Shown here: in pieces, positions 26,889-37,714 of the stretch
How the letters are laid out: every line of letters begins with the position of its first letter
How positions within the stretch are numbered: position 1 is the first letter of the stretch
Assembly (NCBI GenBank): GCA_964187785.1
Contig: OZ076409.1
Span: 19,220,001-19,284,000 of the forward strand
DNA length: 64,000 bases
Reading direction: 5' to 3'
From: Amphiscolops sp. MND2022
Taxonomy: Eukaryota
Notes under the pieces: model-generated
Databases searched by the model: none
What the model saw: the letters and a program-made list of their open reading frames with translations, nothing else
Told to the model about the DNA's origin: nothing
Position numbers and translations under genes: made by a program

Positions 26889-28869
26889 TTGACCTCATAA
26901 TTTTCAATCATGTGTTTCCATGTTCATTAGAAATCAGCGTGACAATGACTTCATATTGAGCAAAACTGGTGCATGAAAGTGGAGCTATAAAAATATCGAA
27001 AAAAAAACTCCTTAATACTCACTGTGGAAACTTCCCACAACTATGAAATGAGGAAGCAAATAGCAAAAATTTGTATCTAAATAGAGTCGATGCTTTTCAT
27101 CAAAATTGAGAAATTTAACAAATTTGGACGTTGAAAGTCAATCAAAAATTAGGAACTCTGGGATATTTAGTATTAAAGTTATCAAACAGTTAGGATAAAA
27201 GAATTACACCAATTTCGTTATTAGCTACATCTAAAAAACTGAACTTTTGACCTTCAAGACTAAACTTTGAAGGATTACAATAGAAAACAATACAAAAGTA
27301 AACGGCTGTGAGGAAAATGATGTCATACCCGAGCACAATAATTCTTGTAGAAGTGCACCCTAATCAAAAATCAATTCAAAAACTGAAATTGTTCACCAAA
27401 TAAGTGCTAAATGCTTTAGCAGCTTGGTTTGCCACAAAGTTTCACCTCAGTAATTTTTAAATGATTGATTCCCCGAACCTTTCACACTAATTATGCTCAA
27501 TTCAAAGTCAGATCTGAAAACCAGGTCCTTCATAGGAAATAAAGTCCTCAAAAGGCAAAATAAGTATCCACCGCTTCCCCTTTGCAAGACTAAAACTGGA
27601 AAAAAATGTTAATTTTGATACATTGAAATTTGTCGTTCTACGCGTTCTGCCAGAAAACAAACTTCTTATTTTTTAATTTGGAAAAGAACAAAAGTTCGGA
27701 AACAAATGAACTATAACCTCAAATTTTCCTCAGTCAAGACAGAAACGCTTTTTTAATTAGATAAATGTTATAAGTAATCGGTTTTGTCATGGCTTGAAAT
27801 GGATATGTTGTGACCTCTTTCGCAAATTTTTTGAGAAATTCTAGTTAAAAAGCACAATAAGTGAAAATTTCTAAGTGGACACTTCATTGTGAATACGACA
27901 TTTTCTTAACTAAACGTTTTAAACAAGACGCTCGCTAAGCACCGGGATATTTTTCGCCCATGACCTTGTGTAAGAGGGACAATAAAAAGTCAAACAATAC
28001 CGTAATTAAGGAAAAGTTGTTCTATCTGCTCAGAAACAATTTTTGAAGAAACTAATTAACTTCACACTTCCCAAAAGACCAAAGTGGTTACCCTTGAGAC
28101 TCGAAGAACACTTTCACTTAACTGAGAATGACAGAAAACTCAGAAAAGGGGAGTTTTTTGCGAAACGTTGTACTCTAAAAAGAATGACGCATTGCCAAGA
28201 AATTTTTCCCAATAACCACCTAGGTTCGAAAAGGGCGTTTCTTAATAGGCATGTGGAGAAACCTGACTCTCTAGCGACTCTCTAGGGGGAACTCACTCTC
28301 CAGTGCAATACTAATTGTTTTGAAAGAAAATCGCACTGTGCCTAAAAAAGCCTCAAAGATGGACTGTGAGGGTTGTTTAATCAACGGACCTTGTTGGAGT
28401 ATAGAAATTCCTAGACCCATGTTGCTGTCCATTTTCACTTTCCCTTGAGACATTTTCTTCAGGTTTGGATTTCAACAGTTTCACCTATTCTTTCAGGGTG
28501 ACTCAAATATCAGTCTTTTCATTTCAGACGTTGTTTCTTCCTTCAGTGATACTCTCAGACTCTCACGAGCACTCTTTTCAACACGAGGCGACCTGACATT
28601 GGAAGGACCCGCAACCATGACGTCGGACTCACCTTGATCCACGTTTTCAATCAGAAGAGGGGAAACATTACACTCACCTACAATCTCGATGCTCTAATGT
28701 TAAACTCTGTTTCCCTTTGGGCTTCTAGTTTTTTTCAAAGTATTCGAGAAGAAAGCTCCTTTAACATAGTTTTCTTGACTAGAAGAAGAGGACTAAGCAG
28801 AGGGAAGATAATTTGAATTTATACATCTTGGGTATATCACCCTAGCTTCATTTGATTATATCGGCGTAC

Positions 28870-31800
28870 CGTAAGTTTGTTCTAATAACTAGTCAATTCC
28901 TGTTTTTCGTGATAAAATCCTGTTAAAGAAATCGACGCACGACAACATTTCGTCAAACTACATAATCTCCCCATTGTTAACCCGACATGAATTGTCAATC
29001 GTGCTCATAATTTTTCAAACCGGTGTCTTTACATTTCCTCAAATTTACGAAGTAGATTTTTTTTCACCTGCTGCATTTGCGGAGGTTTTGTCCGTCTTCC
29101 AGGTTAGCTAAGATTACATTCTTCAGTGATTGTATTGTGCGTTCGACCAATCCGGTGCCAGTGTGTAAGTTGGCGGTACCGTAAATGTAGTTAATGTTTT
29201 GTGTTTTGCAAAATTCTTTGTACCCTTTTGAGATAAAAGCGCCTCCTTTATCCGATTTATTTTGTTTTGGCACTCCGTATACATTTCTGTGTTCCTTGAG
29301 GAATGCTATTACGGTTTCGTGATTTGTGTTTATTGAAATTTGAGTTACTGGCCAGTGACTATTTTTGTCCACCGCAAGTGGTATAAACGGTGTGGAGGAT
29401 AATTTTCAATTGTTAAGGTTTCGGGTGAAATCCAATTGGATTTCTTCACCCGTTGATTTTGGCGGTTGCTTTTCCGTTTTTTCAGTTGGGGGTGTTTGAA
29501 ATTTCAAAGTCTTACCGGCGTTTAGGCAGGCTGAGCATGTTTTTGATTTCTTTTCAATATCTTCCCGCATGTTCGGCCACCAGAATATAGTCGCGTCGAT
29601 GGACATTTTGTTGATGCCTGAATGTCCAATATGTAGGGCGTTGAGTGCGGCATATCTCAGGGATTTCGGTATAATGATTCGATCGTCGACCATGATGATG
29701 CCACAGCGATGAGTTAGCTTTTTAGCCACCAACGTAGTCATTAGGAATCAAATTGGTGTTGTTTTCTTTTAGGCAATAGTTCAGTTCGATGGGTTCTGGA
29801 TCAGCAGCCGTCTTTTTGATGAGCGTTTCCAGGTCTAACATGAAGTGTAGTTCGGCCGATCTAACGTTGTCTTCTTGTTGTTTGTTGCGTTTGGCCTTTT
29901 CTTCCACTATGTAGTTTATTCTTACATAGTGTACCGCTATCTCTCCAATTGGGCCGTCGCAGTATTCTTGGACGGGTATTGCGGGGTAAACTCCAGGTCC
30001 GTGGGTTGCCACCACTTCATCAGAATTGTTTGAATAAGTTGATTCGGCATCCCTGTATGTTTCGTTTCCGTGGCGGGTTTTTTCTCTGTTTGTTTGATCT
30101 TGGGAGCTTGTTGTTTTTTGTGGTATTTCGTCTCCGAAATCTCTAATATATCCACCGCCGATGTGGGATTCTCTTTTTTTCTAGAGTTGACGATCAATGC
30201 GTTTGATTTCTCTCCTCCCGTTTTTTTCCGGTCGTCTCGGTACGTTAAGTTCTCGGCCCAGGTTTTTGTTCCTATCCGGTTTCATTGCTCCGGGTTTTGC
30301 TAGCTCTATTCGTCTCGTGACCAATTCCGAAGTTTTGGGTGTTTTAACCTTCTGTTGATGATGGCTATAATTTCTTGATCAGCACCCCAGTGATAACGTA
30401 ATTGTCCTTCCACACGGAAGTAGCATGCCTTTTGGTCGTTATTCATTTCTGAATGGTGGTTGTTTAAGCTGCTGGTAGCCGTATTTGAATGTAGCTGTTG
30501 TGCACGATAATTTGAGTCAATATGGCTTTTGTTTGTTTGGTAGCGTCGCGTATCAATTAGCGAGCGCGTTTCACGCATGCTTGTTTCGTTTGTCGCGTTC
30601 TCCCCGTCTGATTGGTTGAAAATCCGTCCCGCGGGCGTTTAACGTGGCTAGGTGCGCGATGGCGTTAATTACAAATTCTCCTTCTGTTTTCGTAGTTTCC
30701 TTCTGGATCCGGATTTTCGGTAGGATTACTGCCGATGCAATCTGTAAATGTGATTTATTTACCGGCAGTATGTTTTAGACTGATGTCGAATTGGTTTAGT
30801 CTATCCAGCCACCGGGTTAGTCGTGCACTGTATTGTTTATTTGCTTTGTTTCGTTTCAAAAGTGGTTCCAGTGCTTGGTGGTCCGAAAATAGTTGTATTT
30901 GTTTCCCGTATAGGTGGGAATAAACCTTTCCAGACCCCAAACCACGTCTAATTGTTCTTATTCACCAATTGAGTATTTTTTTCGGCATAATTTAAGTGGC
31001 GACTGGAGAGTGCTATGGGTTTTGGTTCGTTGTTTCCTTGTTTTTGCCATAGTGCTATTCGCAATCCGGTTTTAATAGCGTCGGTGGTAACGATGTTTTC
31101 TTTGTTTCTGTTGTAGTGTGCTAGGCAGGTTAGTTTTGTTAGTTCATGTTTTATTTTGTTAAAATCCGTATTTCAGTCCGTCGTCTAATCCCATTTTGGT
31201 CCTTTCTTGAGTAGTTGTCTCATGTTGTCTGTTTTTTTTCGGAAAGGTTGGGTATGAACTTTGAAGGAATTTAATGTTTTGGTGTTTGTGGGGGTTTCAG
31301 TTTGTTGATTGCGTCTGTTTTTTCCTCGTTTGATCTGATGCCGTCTTGTGATATTGTGTGTCCGAGCGATTTTGTTTTTTTTTGGTAAAAACTTTCTTGC
31401 TTGCTCTGTATCTTTCGTTTTCTTGTTTGGAGAGTACCGATTATAGTTTTCGGGTGTGTTCTTCTTTTGTTCTACGGGTGACGATGATATCGTCCAACCA
31501 TACCGGTGTTTGGTGTCCCAGGGTTCTATCAATTTTCTCTTGGATGATTGTTGGTATGTCTGCTGGACCGTAGAATCCCTTTAGGAATCGGTAGTAGCTG
31601 TTCATATTTTCACCGGTTACTGCAAAGTTGCAGTGTTGCTGGTTTCTGGTGCTAGTCTCGTTTGTCCGTAGGCATAATCGAGATCTATCAGGGAAATCCA
31701 GATTGGGTCGTGGTCGTTTCTTGAGAGTTCGGTGGATATTTGGTTTAGTAGTTCTTCCATGTTTGGCATGTGCGGTCTTTTTTCACGCAACTGTCGTTTA

Positions 31801-33360
31801 GTTTACGGGCGTCTAATGTGATTTTAACTGTTTTATCTTTCTTTACTCTAATTACTACGGATGATACGAACAGTCTTCTTAGATTGTTTCAAGTCTTTCG
31901 AGATGTCCGGATTTTATTATTCGGTCCCGTTAATTTTTTACGTCTTTCTGTAGGTGGTAAAGTATTGGTCTTGCTTTCTGTTCGATTGGGTAGCATCCCG
32001 GTCTTATCTGAATTTTCACTTCCGCGTTCTTGATTGTATGGTTCTTTTCGAATAATTTGTGGATTTTTTTGTGGATGTTGTTAGATTGATTGGTGTGGTC
32101 ATCCAATGAAAATTTGTTGATGGTAATTGGTAATTGTATTAGCCAATTTACACCCAGTAGTGGTGTAATGACATTTCGTTGTGTAATGAGTATCGGTGAT
32201 TTTGTGGTTTCGCCGTTGTATTCGTTAAATGCCCATATTCTCCCTAAGAATTCGATTTCATTCTTGTTCACGTCCTGGTATCTTTCTTTCAGCGGGTGTA
32301 TATCTTTTTGGTTCTAAAGTTTCGGGTTGTTTGGCATGATGGTGACCAGAGATGCGGTGTCGATTGTGGAATTTTGGTATTTTCTATTGATTTTCAGTCT
32401 GATGCCGTAATTGTCATTTTTGTTCGTTAGTATTCTGTTGATTTGGGCTGTTTGTTGGATTTCTTCTGGTTCTCTTTCATCCTCTTCGCTGTGTGTTGCT
32501 TCGAGGTAGTTGACTCTTTGTTTTCATGTATTGCTCATTTTGCTACGGCACCCTCTCGCGAAGTGTCCTATTTTGTGGCACTTACATTCCACCGTCTTTG
32601 CGGGGCATTTATGTTGTGATGACCAACTTCGTTGCCCGCAGAATCCACCGTTATTTTTCTTTGTTGTTGTTTCGGTGTTTGTTCGGTAATTTTGTTTATT
32701 TCGCGGTTGTATCTTTTGCATCGCTTCTTCTTTTATTCCTTTTTCTTTCGCGAGTACTGGTGGTATTGTTGATTGATTATGCCTTTTTTCATAGCTGTCT
32801 TGGGTTACCAGATCCAAGGTGGTTTTCAGGTTCAGTGTTTTTTCTCGAATAAGTTATCCCGTAGTTTTTTGTCGGTGATGCTGGTGATAAATTTTGATAT
32901 CAATAGGTCTTCTTGTTTGATGTCTTTAAATTCACAGTTTCTTTCCAACGATACACTGCCATTGGTCTTCTGGTGTTTCATTGTTTTGCCCAGAAGAAGT
33001 CTCCACGGCTATGGTAGGTATTGCGTTTAGGCATTTAATAGTCTTTGAATAGTTGTATCAGTTTTACGGTGTTGATTGTGTCTGGATCGGTATTGAACTC
33101 TCCTTTTGTAATCATCTCTATCGCGAATGGCCCAGCTCCCCAAATAAAATCTTGTCTTATTATGGGTTCTTTTGCCGTCCATCCAGTGTTCGTTGGTATT
33201 GTCTCGCCGGATAGAGCCGGTTTTATATCGATGTCGTGGATTCGTTTAATGTAATGTCTCATTCGTTCGGTCCGTTCTTTGGGGGTGTATAATTTGTTAC
33301 CGTCAAGTCCCTTGTCCTCAAGGTAAGGTAGTAGTATATTGTTCGTGGTTGCTGTCATTG
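28870..33360 (-). mobile_element. Degenerate Mag-like Ty3/Gypsy element, internal region with deletions and frameshifts; LTRs not identified
   Basis: gag 33035-33358; Zn knuckle CGQRSWSSQHKCPAKTVEC..CHKIGHFARGC (32524-32817); protease FTIDTAS (~32340-32375); RT start VKIQIRPGCYPIEQKARP; RNase H SDHQALEPLLKRN..RLTRWLDRL (30755-30940); integrase HIGHSGINKM..C..C (29406-29741) and SDKGGAF..GLVERTIQSLK (29064-29372). Confidence 0.85.
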
Positions 33361-34091
33361 TTTCTTTTGTCGGATAAGATGGGTTTTACACGGTAAAAAT
33401 AAAATCCGGTAAAAACGGTCTAAGTTCGTATGTTGCGGTATGAACTGAATCTACGGTAGAGGTCATGATGGCAGCATGTCACGGTACTGAAATAATAGCT
33501 CAGCTGAATAAAGACTAAATAGACAAAATTAGTTTAGATCGAAATTGCGGACGGTTGAAAAATGCAATCAGTTGAAATTGTGAGCAGTTGAAATGGCAAC
33601 AGTTGAAATTGCATAGATTGAAAGTGTATAGGAAAAAATGTCAAGTAACCGTTTTTCGTAGTGTGAGATCGAGAAGAGACTTCTGAATAATTATTCCTGA
33701 GTTTATTTAAATGACTTTGCTGTGTTTGTTTCTCACGTGGGAAAGAGTTTTTGTCTGTTAGAAGATTGCGATACTGTAGTATTCGACACTGTGCGGCTTC
33801 GTAGAGATTTTTTAAAGTCAAAGAACATTTTACCACGTGCTACCACAAAATCGTACTATTTTGTTTTTCATGGTGTTAGGTCAAGGAGAAGTCCATATTT
33901 TGAGTCATGCTAAATTTAAAGTGCAGCCAGGGGCAGCGAAGCGCTCCTTTTGATTCTTTTATTGTTAAGTATTTGAAAGATGCTAAATGAGACCAAAAAG
34001 CGTTTTGCTTCCTTCCAGTTTTTCCGGGAATACATTTTTCAGATTTTTGTCGTCTCTAAATGGTTACCCTTTTGGTATTTTGAAGACAAAG

Positions 34092-36349
34092 TGTTACGAC
34101 TATTAACCGGTGTTGTTTTAGAACTAGTCGCAGTTTGTGTCTTGACTGGAGTGGACGTTCTCGTCACGGAGATGTTTTCTTGTTCAGAATCAGAATCTTG
34201 TATGTTCGAGCTAATTGAGCGTTTCTTGTTCGCTGGTGCTATTAATTTAAGCATTTCCTTTTGGTTTTCGGCTAATATCTTTGTTAGATCAGTCATTATT
34301 TCTTTCCTCAGAGTTGTTTTTATTTCCTCCAGGTTTTCAAACTCAAGTCTAGGATTTTTACTAGAACTGGGTATCAGGTTTCCAGTAGAGTTATTTTCAG
34401 TTAAGGAAGCTTCGAAATCTCCTGACACTAAATCAGCTACAGCTTTCCTCTTCTGGCTTCTAGTGGTCATTTTTGATGTTAAAAAATGATTCTTCGGCAA
34501 TAGATGAATTCTTCGAAGATGATTTTGTTCAACGTTGAAACAACGAAAACAGTTTAAGTTTATTACAACTTGCAAAACACAACTAACTGACTTTACATGT
34601 CTCGTCTAAGTATATATACCTTCTTAGCGTCATTTGTTCCTCACCTAAAAATTCCTAGGAATCGCAAAATTAGGTTTGTTCAACAAAAAGCGCTAATGAT
34701 TCATATCATTTCAGTCGCGCGTCGTAAAAATCAGGCATCAAAATTCCTAGTTGCGTCAGTGTTCCGTAAATTTGTTGAAATCATTTTTGTTCAGGCAATC
34801 CCATTTCCTGTTTAAGTCTCAAAATTGCGGTAAAATAAAAGTCTAGCTTGCATTTTCATCAGCGTAAGTACGCCGGCATGAACAATTAGTCAACTTTCAA
34901 TTTGGGAGATTGAGATTCGAAGTAAAAGAATGACTCGCAAAAATTAACGAAATTGAAACGAGGCAAAAGGAATTTTGGACTACTGATATTTGAATATTAT
35001 TGAGGAACAAGCAACGCTAAGAAAAACATAATGATGATTAATCGGTTAATTTTGTAAACTGAACAACTGCACCAACAGAAAATCCAACTTTGACCTATAC
35101 GTGGCCATAACGTAACAAGTACGAATTGCGAAGTACAAATAGATAGGAAAGAAATGTATTTGCAGGCAATAATTATTCTGCACTCGATTGGGCTTCGTAT
35201 ATGAATAAACAGGGCAGGCATCCTGCATCAATAGCACTTGGTTTGGGTTTTGACGTTGACCTTACGTTACGTTCTGTGAAACATTTTAATGATAAACAAC
35301 TAATCACTGAATACATAAACTCTTAATGTAACGTAAGGCACACGTGAATTGAGAAACTATTGCAATAGCACCGTTACTCTTCGATCATAGTTTTAGCCCC
35401 TTCTTACAGTACAACCTTTTACATGTGGACTTGTTTTCAAAAACCCTTTAAGTGCGTCGATTCAGAAAAAATCCTTATTTGATTTCGGTTTAAACTAATA
35501 CTTCACCGCTATTATTTTACGAATTGTTCCGTACGTATTAAGATTGGTTATAGCTGAACGGCGGAATACAATTTTACAATCCGCTCCGTAGCTGTCCCGT
35601 ACGTATTAAGGTTGCTCATAGCTTAGCTATCGGACCAAGCGGAGAGAAAGCGGAGTGCGTAGGTGAAATCATTCTCTCTCTCTTATTCCAATTGGTGTTG
35701 CTAGGGGCAACCGAAATTGCTTCTATTCAACTTAGCTAAGAATAGTTCTATCAATAGAGTGACGTTATTGGTCCGTAGAAGCAAAATTCCTAATATTAGC
35801 TCAGTAGATTGGCGTTGCCATAGCGTTGTAAATATTTGCCTAAATCACTTGGCTGTGCTTTAAGTGAATATTGACAACCACTTCATCTCTGGAAAACAAT
35901 TCCGCTCTATTATTTGTCTGTTCCTTTTCATTTTAGATTGTATGAATTCCGTTGGGATCTCGGAATTGAATTTATTTTAATGTTTTCATTTTAGTGTGGA
36001 CCAGTGGAAGGAATGATCCCAATTATAAATGTTCATTTTAGTGTTTAGATTAGTATGGCAGAAAATCAGAAGATCATACCGGAAATGAAAAATCTTATCA
36101 CGCGCGGAGAATAGTTAACCGGAAGTTTTAGTTAAAAATCATTTCTGAAAAACGTTCCGTAACGTTTACGTTAGGTTTTGTATTCGAGAAATTATCTGCA
36201 ACCGATTTAGCTGTACTGTAAGTAAAATTTAGATCAGTTTAAATTTAAGTTAGTTTAATAGAGTTTACCTCGGCCTTGTCCCCGGCCAATTTCGAAACCA
36301 GGTATCCCACTGCAGCAGCTATAATCCCGACCGGGAGCGGGTCGTGACA
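34092..36349 (-). repeat. 3' LTR (2258 bp)
   Basis: Direct repeat of 48042-50299, preceded on the minus strand by the PPT. Confidence 0.97.
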
Positions 36350-37124
36350 GGGCCCCTCTTGAAGCAAGAGACAAGGGTATAGCTCGGCAATGGGGAATTT
36401 CTTTCCTGATGATGACAGGGGGACGGCCGTTAAGAATCCGCGTGCCGCGACTACGTCCTCTTCCCGAAGTCATTTTGGTTATGAATCTTTCTTCTTCTTC
36501 CATTTCTCGAAGCTCCTGTTCTCTTCGCATCGTCTCGATAGGGCATATCTCCGGCGGCTTAGTAGGGTCGCTTAACGCACAATTGCATTGCTCTCTTTTG
36601 GTCGGAGGGGGGGCATTCTCTTTAGCTCCGTAGTGAGTGCGTCCACGGCCAACTGTTGCGAAAAACTGCCGATCTTCTATGTCTAAGCCGTGTAGTGAGT
36701 CCAAATCTGCCAGCGAAGGCTCATTCAAGTCATTCAGCTTGACTGTGTTTGGAGCTCTTTCATTTCCTAATTGGGGAATGTTTGCCTTTTCTTTTAGGAC
36801 TGGTGTTGGTCTTGTTTGGGGCTGGCTCGGCGGCGTATCCGGTTCTTCGTAGAAGTCGGTATCTGAGTTAGGGTTTACTGCTGGCGGTAGATTAAAACTT
36901 ACTCTCCCTAGCTTTTTCTTTTTGCTGGGGGTAGGGCCGCGCTTTTTCGGAGAACAGTCAGACTCGGATGTTGAATCTGTTTCAGCTTCACTCCCACGGA
37001 ATGCTTCCGTTGACGAGTCACTAAGAGTGCTGATCGTGTTGAGGGGTAATGCCTTCAATGGCGTACTGCAACGGTTATTATCTTCGTCGGAAGATATATC
37101 TATCACCAACGAGTATCCGTTCAT
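36255..37124 (-). CDS. Sense accessory ORF (289 aa, disordered, SIM-like and NLS-like motifs) spanning the PPT and ending in U3
   Basis: ATG at 37124; LVIDISSDED, PKKRGPTPSKKKKLGR, RG-rich C-terminus; the last 95 nt lie inside the 3' LTR. No signal peptide or transmembrane helix visible. Confidence 0.65.
   Translation of the reverse strand: MNGYSLVIDISSDEDNNRCSTPLKALPLNTISTLSDSSTEAFRGSEAETDSTSESDCSPKKRGPTPSKKKKLGRVSFNLPPAVNPNSDTDFYEEPDTPPSQPQTRPTPVLKEKANIPQLGNERAPNTVKLNDLNEPSLADLDSLHGLDIEDRQFFATVGRGRTHYGAKENAPPPTKREQCNCALSDPTKPPEICPIETMRREQELREMEEEERFITKMTSGRGRSRGTRILNGRPPVIIRKEIPHCRAIPLSLASRGALSRPAPGRDYSCCSGIPGFEIGRGQGRGKLY
36350..36360 (-). promoter_or_regulatory. Polypurine tract AAGAGGGG(CCC)
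   Basis: Minus strand reads aagaggggccc|tgtcacg at the 3' LTR boundary. Confidence 0.65.
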
Positions 37125-37282
37125 GATTGCAGAGATTAAGTTTTGTAGGATTCTGGCTTATGTCTTCTTTGACTAGTTCACAGAGCATTAGTTTGGCAGA
37201 AGATGCTGGTCAAGCTTTTATGAAAATTGGACGACAAATGAACGTTTCAAATTCTTTCCTTCGTAATTTTTAACGAAATTCT

Positions 37283-37445
37283 ATTGGTCGGTTTTTCCGC
37301 TTTCGTTTCGGTGCGTCTCGAAATGAAAGAAACGAGTTCTTTCTTACTGCGTTGTGATTGGTCGAAATAATTGATGAAAACTTCTAATTCTAGTAGCCGT
37401 CCTCTTTTCGGTTAATGGCGTAATGACGTCACACAGTTTCATTGG
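37283..37445. promoter_or_regulatory. Putative internal bidirectional promoter
   Basis: ATTGG (CCAAT) at 37283, 37357 and 37441; TGACGTCA at 37424-37431; lies between two divergent start codons (37124 on -, 37715 on +). Confidence 0.45.
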
Positions 37446-37714
37446 TGTATTACGCCTGTGTTCCGTGATCTCCTGATGATTTTCTTAATTCTTCTTTAGC
37501 ATTTCTTGGTGGATTTTTATCCATCTTTTGGAAACGTTTTGTTCCGTCAATGCCATAATAGGCTTTTAAAAGGAAAAAGGAGATTGGAACATAGATGATT
37601 TTCTTTCCTGTAAAAATGATGCTGTTGATCCTTTTCTTGTCTTTTACGTTCGCTTTGCGTAGTTTTCTTCTTGATTTTTCCTTTTGTTTTAGATTTCTTG
37701 ATTTATTATTCTGG

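Noticed and set aside
33430-33940. 5' LTR and PBS of the degenerate 28.9-33.4 kb element
   Set aside because: No TGG-initiated PBS and no second copy of this sequence found near 28 kb.
34039-34575. Independent 178-aa gene
   Set aside because: It is the LTR-encoded gag N-terminus repeated in the 3' LTR and running into flank.
36255-37124. env gene in the post-pol position
   Set aside because: No signal peptide, furin site/fusion peptide or TM anchor; the composition is disordered and nuclear-like.
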